This document shows positions 47,888 through 55,920 of a DNA stretch of 64,000 nt, piece by piece (within the stretch, counting starts at the first letter, position 1; every line of letters starts with the position of its first letter). Under the pieces are notes generated by a model. That model saw nothing but the letters and a program-made list of their open reading frames with translations, was not told the DNA's origin and searched no databases. Origin of the DNA: a virus. The translations under genes were made by a program, and so were the position numbers. The stretch lies in the IMG/VR virus record IMGVR_UViG_3300033146_004399, positions 64,001 to 128,000 of that record. One strand, given 5' to 3'.

Positions 47888-48210
47888 CTGGACTAGACAT
47901 CTTCTATAATGCCTTTGAAGAGTCCTGGTTCGAGTTTAAACATCCAGCAAGAGTGAGCATTTCCTGGGTTAAAGTTATTGATTTCAGTCCGAAATATAGC
48001 GGTGATGTTGGTTCAAACATTAGAGTCATCTCTGTTTATAAAGATGGTAAGATTGGTCCTCGTAAAAATTCAATTGATAAAATAAAAAATATCATCAATG
48101 CTACAGAAAACCTTTCATACTATAAATTACTTAAAAATTGCACTGTCATAGAAGATGAAGAGAAAATTAATGAATTAACACTCATAGAAGTTAAGCTGAG
48201 ACTTCTATGA
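47884..48210 (+). CDS. Hypothetical protein
   Basis: 108-aa ORF. Confidence 0.55.
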   Translation: MTGLDIFYNAFEESWFEFKHPARVSISWVKVIDFSPKYSGDVGSNIRVISVYKDGKIGPRKNSIDKIKNIINATENLSYYKLLKNCTVIEDEEKINELTLIEVKLRLL

Positions 48211-48518
48211 CTATAATTGAACACACCATCCAAGAGATGATGGGGGAATGGTATTACTATATAATATGGGAAGACACACAATACGAGTATACTAATTATA
48301 TATTGGTTGATAGTGATGCATACTCATTAAGTAGTGTAAAAGTTTATATTGTTAGTATCGCCTCCTCCAAAGGCATCCTAAGTAATATTAGGTGGAGTGG
48401 AGTTTATGCTGATGTAAAGTTGGCAAAACTTTTAGAGTATGAACGGCTCGAAGATGGAGATACAAAAGATAAATTGATTGCATCATATACTAAAAAACTA
48501 TTACAGCAAAGGATATAA
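48207..48518 (+). CDS. Hypothetical protein
   Basis: 103-aa ORF. Confidence 0.55.
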   Translation: MTIIEHTIQEMMGEWYYYIIWEDTQYEYTNYILVDSDAYSLSSVKVYIVSIASSKGILSNIRWSGVYADVKLAKLLEYERLEDGDTKDKLIASYTKKLLQQRI

Positions 48519-48814
48519 TGGATATTGAAAAATTAGCATAAGATATTGGACTTGATGCCACTACTTATAAAGCCCTACTTGAGATGTTTATTGAAGATAC
48601 TTTTAGAAGTTTAGTAACGATAAAAAAAGCCTTAAAGACAAATAACCATGAGTTGATATCATTTGAAATACACTTAATTAAGGGTGCAGCGTTAAATTTA
48701 TCGTTGGATAATATAGTTTAAATTATAGAGCTTGATGAAATTGAAACGTTAATTAAGAAATGTGAAATTGAGTTACATGATATGGAGGTAGAATGTGAGA
48801 AAAACACTATGTGA
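48518..48814 (+). pseudogene. Histidine phosphotransfer (Hpt) domain gene with two in-frame TAA
   Basis: MDIEKLA*DIGLD..LLEMFIED..IHLIKGAALNL..NIV*IIE; stops at 48539-41 and 48719-21; HxxKGAAxNL is the Hpt motif. Confidence 0.75.
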
Positions 48815-49007
48815 AGGATGTAAATTTTATTCTTTAGAAAAGAAGAAAATTAGATTAAATGCAAAATTTATAGAAGAAGAATTGACTGAATATACTTTTA
48901 AGGTATGTAGTGCTTTTTATCCTCCCATATATATTAATGGAAATTCATCAGAATGTAATTTCTATAAAGAAAAAAAGACGAGGAAAAATATTAATAGTAA
49001 AAGCTAG
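48795..49007 (+). CDS. Small Cys-containing protein (TAG stop in frame with next gene)
   Basis: 70-aa ORF, GTG start with GGAGG RBS. Confidence 0.55.
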   Translation: MRKTLCEGCKFYSLEKKKIRLNAKFIEEELTEYTFKVCSAFYPPIYINGNSSECNFYKEKKTRKNINSKS

Positions 49008-49019
49008 GATGTTATTATT

Positions 49020-49313
49020 ATGAATATAATTGAATGTATTATAGATATGATGTTAAACAATTGGTATATAAAAATTGATAAATACAATAGAATTAATGCT
49101 ATTAAATTATTAGATAAAACTATATATTATGAAGACAGTTTAGAGTTTTATACTATTATTTTTTATGAAAGTGATAATTTTAAAGATTTTAAAGACGGCT
49201 ATTATAGTATGAAAAAAATAAAAGATATATTAAAATATATCCCAATAAGTGAAGCTAATTTGAATGAAAAAGTGTTAATAACATTTGCTAAAGAATTATT
49301 AAGTGAAACCTAA
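49020..49313 (+). CDS. Hypothetical protein
   Basis: 97-aa ORF. Confidence 0.55.
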   Translation: MNIIECIIDMMLNNWYIKIDKYNRINAIKLLDKTIYYEDSLEFYTIIFYESDNFKDFKDGYYSMKKIKDILKYIPISEANLNEKVLITFAKELLSET

Positions 49314-49342
49314 AATATTATTGTGAAAGTGAGAAAAAAGAA

Positions 49343-49564
49343 ATGAATGAAGGAAATTATCAAGGTGTAAAGCTACCACCAACTACGCCAAAACCACCTA
49401 TTATAGTTAGAGGCAGAAAAACGGATACATATAAACAAGCTTTTATTGATGGTCTTATTTGTTATGCGTGGTGGAAGGACGGCGTTCAATATGTAGGAAT
49501 GGCAGGAACTACTTTAAAGGAAGCTATAAAAGAAGTAGAAGCATCATGGAATTATCATGGGTAA
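49343..49564 (+). CDS. Hypothetical protein
   Basis: 73-aa ORF. Confidence 0.55.
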   Translation: MNEGNYQGVKLPPTTPKPPIIVRGRKTDTYKQAFIDGLICYAWWKDGVQYVGMAGTTLKEAIKEVEASWNYHG

Positions 49565-49615
49565 ACAAAGATTTTACAGAAGTTTTATGATTAAGAAGCA
49601 TAGTTATGTTTATAT

Positions 49616-49687
49616 GTTGTTATGGTCTAATGGTATGATGCGGGATTCTAAATCCTTGCGGTTTGGGTTCGATTCCCAATAACGACA
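49616..49687 (+). tRNA. tRNA with CTA anticodon (amber suppressor type), CCA not encoded
   Basis: Acceptor GTTGTTA/TAACGAC; D loop with GG; anticodon arm CGGGA-TTCTAAA-TCCTT (CTA at 49648-50, outer pair mismatched); T arm TTGGG-TTCGATT-CCCAA; discriminator A. Confidence 0.85.
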
Positions 49688-49689
49688 AT

Positions 49690-49953
49690 ATGATTACTAG
49701 AGAAATTATAGAATTAACAAGGGAGTGGCTTGGGGATGAAGGTATAACTGCATTTACTAAGATAGTGTTAGGAAGTGATTTAATTTACTTCCATTTTACA
49801 GCAGGTATGGACGTGAGAAATTTCCTTAGAGATACTACTTTATGTAAAAATTGGAACCCTCATGACTTTGATAATAACTGGCAAAAAATAATAATGAAAG
49901 CGATAGCAGAAGATTATACAGAAGAGGAGCTTATTAATGATAGAGATAGCTAG
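49690..49953 (+). CDS. Hypothetical protein (start moved to ATG49690, just after the tRNA)
   Basis: Track start 49663 lies inside the tRNA. Confidence 0.55.
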   Translation: MITREIIELTREWLGDEGITAFTKIVLGSDLIYFHFTAGMDVRNFLRDTTLCKNWNPHDFDNNWQKIIMKAIAEDYTEEELINDRDS

Positions 49954-50134
49954 AGAATGGTATAAGAAACACACACGTCATATTGATGACTTGATGACTT
50001 CAAGAATGGAAGCATTGTATCTTAGACAAATCGATAAGGTTGGGTTTGAACCTCCTGAAGAGGATATGAAAAACCCTGAACGTTGGAAAGGTGATCATTG
50101 GCTGTGGTTTTCTAAAGAATACGGAATGGAGTAA
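49937..50134 (+). CDS. Hypothetical protein
   Basis: 65-aa ORF. Confidence 0.55.
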   Translation: MIEIAREWYKKHTRHIDDLMTSRMEALYLRQIDKVGFEPPEEDMKNPERWKGDHWLWFSKEYGME

Positions 50135-50499
50135 TGGAAATTATAAGACGGCAAAATTTTAATCTTGAATTTTATGAAATTCAAGATGGAATTAATACTC
50201 TCCGTATAGGACTTGCTGGTTTTAGAAAAGGCGAACCAGGCGCTTCAATGTTCTATCCTGAAAGTGGCGATGATTATATATTGGTCATTTATGATAATGG
50301 TTGGTATAAATTTCATATTAATGAGTTTACACATGAAGCAGGTTTAGAATATATCTCTGAAAAATTACATTGCTCCCTAGGTGATGCTAAAATTATTCGT
50401 GCTTTCATCAATGATTTATTTGAGCAAGATTCTCTTCTCCCACTTCTAACTGATGGAGCCACAGATTTCCATCTTAAAAATCCATATTTAATGAGGTAA
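50134..50499 (+). CDS. Hypothetical protein
   Basis: 121-aa ORF. Confidence 0.6.
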   Translation: MEIIRRQNFNLEFYEIQDGINTLRIGLAGFRKGEPGASMFYPESGDDYILVIYDNGWYKFHINEFTHEAGLEYISEKLHCSLGDAKIIRAFINDLFEQDSLLPLLTDGATDFHLKNPYLMR

Positions 50500-50501
50500 T
50501 A

Positions 50502-51083
50502 ATGTCTACACCAAATTTTCCTAAATTATGTATTGATGAGGATATTTCTATATTATCAAATCAAAAAAAAGACAAAATTGTTGATATTAGAGAACAACTT
50601 TGGCTGGAAGAACAACGGCAAAAGCCTGAAATAAGTAAAGAACAGATTCTTAGAAATAGAGAATACGAGCTAGATAGGAGAATTGAAAAAATACAAAAAG
50701 ATAAAGAAAGTTTTATAGAAAAATTTATTATATTATATTATTATTATTTGAAATTGAAAAATATAGATAAATATAAAGGCTTTTATAAAATTAAACTGGG
50801 TTCTTACATTATGAAAAAATATATAGTTTTCGGAAATGCGGAAAACTCAAACCATAGATTGGTAATATATAATAATAATAAGAAAATACTATTTAAAATA
50901 AAAGATAAATGGTATAATTTGTTTGATAATTTTGAAATAATAAAATTTGAATCTGAAGCAATATTTGAATTAGAGGAATTTTACAATTTACTTATTGATG
51001 TGATAAACGAAGAATTAAGAAAGAAGGAAGAAATACTAGATAATATAGATTTAACTAATATATCTTTAAAGGAGTTAATATGA
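50502..51083 (+). CDS. Hypothetical protein
   Basis: 193-aa ORF. Confidence 0.55.
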   Translation: MSTPNFPKLCIDEDISILSNQKKDKIVDIREQLWLEEQRQKPEISKEQILRNREYELDRRIEKIQKDKESFIEKFIILYYYYLKLKNIDKYKGFYKIKLGSYIMKKYIVFGNAENSNHRLVIYNNNKKILFKIKDKWYNLFDNFEIIKFESEAIFELEEFYNLLIDVINEELRKKEEILDNIDLTNISLKELI

Positions 51084-51997
51084 TAATAAAAATTATAGGG
51101 GCTGGCAATGCCTTTTCATACAAAAATTATAATCAATCATTCTTATTAGAGGAAGGCGGAAAGAAAATGCTCATTGATATAGGAGCAAGAGTACCTTTAG
51201 CTCTCCATGATGCAAATATCCCGCTTTCAGATATTGATGCAGTTTATATTTCACATGCACACGCAGATCATATTGGTGGTCTTGAAGAAATGGCATTTAT
51301 GAGATATGATTGGATGAATAAACCTCGTAAGTGGGACGATTATAAATATTTGAAGAATCCTAGAGATTATATGTCAGGGAATGAAAAAAAATATGCACCT
51401 AAATTAATAGCAAATGAACTTTTGCTTAAAGAGCTGTGGGATCATTCTTTGAAGGGCGGTTTAGATTCTATGGAAGGATTTGATTCTTCTTTAGAAACAT
51501 TTTTTGAACCAATCCCAGTTAAAGCCAATGTCCCGTTCACTTGGCAGGGATGGAAGTTTGATCTTATTCAACAAATTCATATAATGACAGGAAGTATAAT
51601 TAAATATACATTCGGCCTCCTCATGTCTAAGAAGGGACATAAAACAATATATTTCACAACTGATAGTCAGCATTGCTCTCCAAGACAGATTGAGACATTC
51701 TACAAAAAGGCTGATATTATATTTCAGGATTGTGAATGCGTCGGAGTTGATACATCTACAAAAGAATATAAATTCGGTTCTGGAGTACATGCAAATTATG
51801 CTCAGCTTGCTGGTTACTCATCTGCTAATTCTGTACGTCTAGACGATGATATTAAGGCCAAGATGTGGTTATCTCATTATCAAGATTTTGTATCAGAAGG
51901 AAAAGATGGTTTTGGCAATAATTGTGATTGGAGTAATCTTGCGCATAGTGATGGGTTTAATGGATTTGTCGCAGTTGGGCAGGAATTTGAAATTTAA
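51080..51997 (+). CDS. Metallo-beta-lactamase-fold hydrolase, Apyc1-like cyclic-nucleotide phosphodiesterase candidate
   Basis: GAGNAFS, MLIDIG..P.AL, SHAHADHIGGLEEMAF, LWDHSLKGGL, FTTD, LSHY; MBL fold is clear, Apyc1 likeness is from recalled motifs. Confidence 0.8.
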   Translation: MIIKIIGAGNAFSYKNYNQSFLLEEGGKKMLIDIGARVPLALHDANIPLSDIDAVYISHAHADHIGGLEEMAFMRYDWMNKPRKWDDYKYLKNPRDYMSGNEKKYAPKLIANELLLKELWDHSLKGGLDSMEGFDSSLETFFEPIPVKANVPFTWQGWKFDLIQQIHIMTGSIIKYTFGLLMSKKGHKTIYFTTDSQHCSPRQIETFYKKADIIFQDCECVGVDTSTKEYKFGSGVHANYAQLAGYSSANSVRLDDDIKAKMWLSHYQDFVSEGKDGFGNNCDWSNLAHSDGFNGFVAVGQEFEI

Positions 51998-52023
51998 TTA
52001 AACCTTGGGAGAGGAGAGGAGAT

Positions 52024-52275
52024 ATGATTAAGAAGACTGCACTATGGATTTTATGGACATTTATTAAAGGATTCAAAATAATTGGTATATCTATACTTAT
52101 GCTGGGATTTATGGCAGGTTTAATTGGTATAATTATTATATTAGTATGGTGGGGGATTAAAAATAAAGAATATTTAATTCTTTCAAGTATTATTGTTAAT
52201 TGCATATTTATATATGGATTAATATATAGAGTTGTATGGAATTTAAAGTTACCGGAACCATTAAGGAGACTATGA
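52024..52275 (+). CDS. Small membrane protein
   Basis: 83 aa, hydrophobic. Confidence 0.55.
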   Translation: MIKKTALWILWTFIKGFKIIGISILMLGFMAGLIGIIIILVWWGIKNKEYLILSSIIVNCIFIYGLIYRVVWNLKLPEPLRRL

Positions 52276-52402
52276 ATAAGGAAGAATTAATAAGATTCAT
52301 CCTTAAAGAAAAAGAAACTTTAGTCAAGATTGAAAAAAAAAAATGGATTAATCGAAGAGAAAAAAGAAGTTGCTAAAAAGAGATTGTATTTAAAATTGAA
52401 GG

Positions 52403-52753
52403 ATGAATATGAGGAAAGATAAAAAATTAATATCTCTTCGAAGGGAGAAAAATTATTTAGATATTATAGATGATGTTACAAACAATTATGTTAGATTAAT
52501 ACCAGATAAAGTAGATTTAAATATGGGTGTTGAATTTTATAAAACTAAATCTGTAATAGAGAACGGGCAATTTCTTTTAGAAGTTAAAGATGATTATCTT
52601 GAAATAATTAATGGTAAAAGTAATTATTCTATTAGGCTTATTGTTGAAGGGCCTGGAAGAAGTGTAACTGTTAAATTTTGTAAACCTGGTAAAAGAGGTG
52701 GATTTTCTACAGTATACATTTCACAAAAAAATGCAAAAATAAAGGAGAAATAA
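52403..52753 (+). CDS. Hypothetical protein
   Basis: 116-aa ORF. Confidence 0.55.
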   Translation: MNMRKDKKLISLRREKNYLDIIDDVTNNYVRLIPDKVDLNMGVEFYKTKSVIENGQFLLEVKDDYLEIINGKSNYSIRLIVEGPGRSVTVKFCKPGKRGGFSTVYISQKNAKIKEK

Positions 52754-52877
52754 AATGGAAACTATAGAAATTGACCTCTCATTAGAAGATTATTTTACTC
52801 TTAATGAGATGGCTCGAGAGAAAGAACAATTGTTAGGTGGTTTTATAAACGATATAATCAAAGATTATATTAAGACT

Positions 52878-52917
52878 TTGGAAAAGGATAAACCTGTAGT
52901 ATAATTATTATAGTAAT
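52878..52917 (+). promoter_or_regulatory. Promoter TTGGAA-N16-TATAAT with near-palindrome ATTATTATAGTAAT
   Basis: -10 at 52900-05; palindrome at 52904-17. Confidence 0.6.
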
Positions 52918-52935
52918 TGGGAGTTGTAATTACTT

Positions 52936-53565
52936 ATGAACAGATATAAATATCCACGAACATTTCATCTCACATTTTCTCCAGGTAAAACATCAGATGA
53001 TAAAACCATCTCTGATATGTCTGCCTTTGAAGGTGAAAGGGTGGTAATAACAGAGAAAATGGATGGCGAATCATGTACTATTTATTCTGATGGTTTTACA
53101 CATGCTCGTTCCATAGATAGTAAATTTCATCCTTCAAGATCATGGGTTAAAAGTTTAGCATCTTCTTTGGATTTTACTGGTATAGGCGAAGACATTAGAC
53201 TTTGTGGCGAAAATATGTATGCTAAACATTCCATCCATTATAAAAATTTAAAGTCTTATTTCTACCTCTTTGGTGTCTGGACTGATAATGTATGTCAGCC
53301 ATGGGAAATTACTAAACAAATAGCTGATGTATTAAGTGTTGAGTTGGTGCCAGTTCTGTATGAAGGAATATATGACCCGTTATTTCTTGCAGCTCTTCCG
53401 TCATCTCTAAGAGATGACCAGGAAGGTTTTGTAATAAGAAGAACCGGAATAATAACTCTTAAAGATTGGCCTACTCATGTAGCTAAATGGGTTAGACCAA
53501 ACCACGTACAAACAGATAAACATTGGATGTATCAGGAAATGATAAAAAACATACTAAGAAGTTAA
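52936..53565 (+). CDS. ATP-dependent RNA ligase family protein (Rnl2-like nucleotidyltransferase domain)
   Basis: KYPRTFHL; motif I TEKMDGES; motif IV EGFVIR; motif V KWVR. Confidence 0.88.
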   Translation: MNRYKYPRTFHLTFSPGKTSDDKTISDMSAFEGERVVITEKMDGESCTIYSDGFTHARSIDSKFHPSRSWVKSLASSLDFTGIGEDIRLCGENMYAKHSIHYKNLKSYFYLFGVWTDNVCQPWEITKQIADVLSVELVPVLYEGIYDPLFLAALPSSLRDDQEGFVIRRTGIITLKDWPTHVAKWVRPNHVQTDKHWMYQEMIKNILRS

Positions 53566-53567
53566 TT

Positions 53568-53861
53568 ATGGAAGTTGAAACTCACTGGATTGAAAATGAA
53601 TTTGGATATTGTTGTTATGTATTTGATCATGATAATACTAAAGAAAACAAATTATATGCTGAAGTATTTCATTTGCGTGTTTATCCAGAATTTAGAAAAC
53701 AAGGTAAATCAAGAAAAATTCTGCAAGAAGCGATTGATTCTATAAGAAAAACAGGTTATAGTGATGAAATAAGAATTGAAGCTTTACCAGAGGAAAATAG
53801 TATTAGTTTGGAAGAACTTACTTTATTTTATAAACGTATGGGGTTTAAAATTTATAAATAA
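53568..53861 (+). CDS. GNAT-family acetyltransferase
   Basis: LRVYPEFRKQGKSRKIL acetyl-CoA motif; FYKRMGF. Confidence 0.75.
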   Translation: MEVETHWIENEFGYCCYVFDHDNTKENKLYAEVFHLRVYPEFRKQGKSRKILQEAIDSIRKTGYSDEIRIEALPEENSISLEELTLFYKRMGFKIYK

Positions 53862-53863
53862 TT

Positions 53864-53891
53864 TTGGAGATTTATTAATATATGTTATAAT
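53864..53891 (+). promoter_or_regulatory. Promoter TTGGAG-N16-TATAAT
   Basis: Same spacing; TG extended -10. Confidence 0.6.
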
Positions 53892-53920
53892 GTAAATATA
53901 AAGAAACAAAGAGGTGAACG

Positions 53921-54166
53921 GTGAAAATTAAATTTATTAAAGAGTATGAAGGTTGGCCAGGTCAATCAGTAGATTACATGGCAACTTATGATAATGGTTC
54001 TTCTCAAAGGCATACTTGCTCGAAAAATGAATGGATTGTTATAGAAACTCGTGAACTGTTGTTAAAAGCTGGTGCAGATAAAGACTTACTCGAGAGATTT
54101 GCGAGGGCAATTAAAGACGTTGCGCAAGAGGATGAGTGGATGTCTAATGTTGGAGAAGAATTATGA
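53921..54166 (+). CDS. Hypothetical protein
   Basis: 81-aa ORF, GAGGTG RBS. Confidence 0.6.
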   Translation: MKIKFIKEYEGWPGQSVDYMATYDNGSSQRHTCSKNEWIVIETRELLLKAGADKDLLERFARAIKDVAQEDEWMSNVGEEL

Positions 54167-54425
54167 CAACTAAAAAAATATTAGAAGAATATCAAGAAAA
54201 AGCTGAAATTATCTTAAAGGCTAAGAATTTAGAAATAAATCCTATAGGTCAGAGATTGAGAGTTCTTGCCCTCGCTGCTGTTTTAAAAGAAAATGACAAA
54301 TTAATATGGAAAAGTCAAAAGGCTATAAATAATGGATGAAAATAAATCTAAGAAATTACAGAGTAAAATAAATAAATATGTAAAGTACTCTCCACTTAAG
54401 TTAAATTTAGATTTAGGTACTTGGA

Positions 54426-54629
54426 ATGAGTTTATTTAGTTTATTTAGTTTGTATTTTATACCACCACTGATAACAGTAATTATTATTGCTACTTTCTTT
54501 CATCATATGAAGATGGAGTTTACTCGTGGATATTTAATAATGTATTATATAATGCTTATGTTTGGACCAGTTGGTTTTATATTTGGTCTACTTTTTATAA
54601 AAGACAATTTTACAAAGGATGAATGGTAA
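54426..54629 (+). CDS. Small membrane protein
   Basis: 67 aa, hydrophobic. Confidence 0.45.
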   Translation: MSLFSLFSLYFIPPLITVIIIATFFHHMKMEFTRGYLIMYYIMLMFGPVGFIFGLLFIKDNFTKDEW

Positions 54630-54663
54630 TCAGAAAGGAAAGTTAATGCTTTCCTTTCTGATT
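54628..54663. terminator. 15-bp inverted repeat at convergent gene junction
   Basis: AATCAGAAAGGAAAG-ttaatg-CTTTCCTTTCTGATT. Confidence 0.8.
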
Positions 54664-54680
54664 GTTATAAATCTTTTAAT

Positions 54681-55550
54681 TTATGAATTTAACTTAATAG
54701 CTGTAATAACCTCTTGCATTAGTCCAACGGTATCCCATGGGTTATCCATAATATCGTCGGTGACATAAACCCAACCATAATATTCTAAAACTTCTGCAAA
54801 TATAGTGGCATCGGCCCCAGCTAAAGCACCTACAGTTGAGGTATGTTTAAGAAGACCTCTTTTCCATAGCTTAGAGCCACCAGGCCAAGGACCGTCGGTC
54901 ATAGGTGAAGAAGGCCAAACTGAATTTTCCCATTCAATTACGATATCAAATATATCTTGGAATGCCATTTCATCCAAATTATAGCCAGGATTTGAAACTG
55001 TAATTCCTAAACCAACTTCTCTAGCATAATCAGCTACTTCTAAATAGTATGCTAGTTCTTCTGATAAATTTGTAGTACCATCAGATTGTTCATCAAAGAA
55101 AATACCTGAGATTTCAGGGTAAAGACTTTTCCAATTATCTATAGCAGCTTTAACTGTAGTAACTGAAGCTGCTCTGTATTGTGTAGGAACATACCCTATT
55201 ACTTTAATACCAGCAGCCTGCATTCTATTATGAACTTCTGTATATTGCGCGTCTACTGAAGCACCAGCTCCTTCATCTGGATTTGTAATAGCAATCATTG
55301 GAATTGTTCTATTTTTCCTTTTAAAATCAATTAATGAAAGATAATCTGCATTTGTATATGAATTTGTTGGATAAATATACATAGGAATTATTATTCCTGT
55401 TTGTTGTGATGAGGAGATTCCAGGACTCTCCATAAATCTTTTAAGTTTCGCGAGTGTTTCTACGCCGTCTGCAGCAGTCTGCCCAACAAGTATTTTGTCG
55501 GCAGTCGTTAACGTGCCGGCAGCAGCAATTGTACTAAAATCTTTAGCCAT
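54681..55550 (-). CDS. Spherulin-4/GH135-like polysaccharide hydrolase with N-terminal fibre-type anchor
   Basis: IPMYIYP, TNPDEGAG, GYVPTQY, GIFFDEQ, VSNPG; first ~40 aa resemble 57788..58780. Confidence 0.8.
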   Translation of the reverse strand: MAKDFSTIAAAGTLTTADKILVGQTAADGVETLAKLKRFMESPGISSSQQTGIIIPMYIYPTNSYTNADYLSLIDFKRKNRTIPMIAITNPDEGAGASVDAQYTEVHNRMQAAGIKVIGYVPTQYRAASVTTVKAAIDNWKSLYPEISGIFFDEQSDGTTNLSEELAYYLEVADYAREVGLGITVSNPGYNLDEMAFQDIFDIVIEWENSVWPSSPMTDGPWPGGSKLWKRGLLKHTSTVGALAGADATIFAEVLEYYGWVYVTDDIMDNPWDTVGLMQEVITAIKLNS

Positions 55551-55565
55551 TTTCTATCTCCTTAT

Positions 55566-55919
55566 TTATGCAATTCTAATTTCTAAATTATTACCATCTG
55601 ATAACATAAACGCTTCTCCATCAATTGTAAAAGCATTTTCTCCAAATGCTACATTAGGTTGTACATCATCAGTAAGATCGTCATCTTCTATAATGATTGC
55701 ATTCTTAGTAAATGATGCAATTTTACCAGTAACATTCCATTCCATTGCTACACCAAAAACCTCTGTTGGTAAAAGTTCTGGTTCCGTAATTATTGTATCA
55801 GCATTTATAGCAGCGTCGTATAAAGACCTTGCACTTTCTACCAATTCGGTATCAGTAAAACTGCCTTTGTCTCTACGTCTAATTTGATATTTTATTTTTT
55901 TTAATCTATCTTCAATCAT
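55566..55919 (-). CDS. ~120-aa RLKKxxYQ family protein (copy 1)
   Basis: Paralog of 58795..59157 and 60882..61241. Confidence 0.7.
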   Translation of the reverse strand: MIEDRLKKIKYQIRRRDKGSFTDTELVESARSLYDAAINADTIITEPELLPTEVFGVAMEWNVTGKIASFTKNAIIIEDDDLTDDVQPNVAFGENAFTIDGEAFMLSDGNNLEIRIA

Positions 55920-55920
55920 T

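Noticed and set aside
49616-49687. Pyrrolysine tRNA
   Set aside because: The anticodon arm is superficially similar, but it has a canonical GG D loop, TTCGA T loop and 5-nt variable loop, unlike tRNA-Pyl; no pyl genes seen.
49663-49689. Track start of ORF 49663..49953
   Set aside because: It lies within the tRNA T arm; ATG49690 is more plausible.
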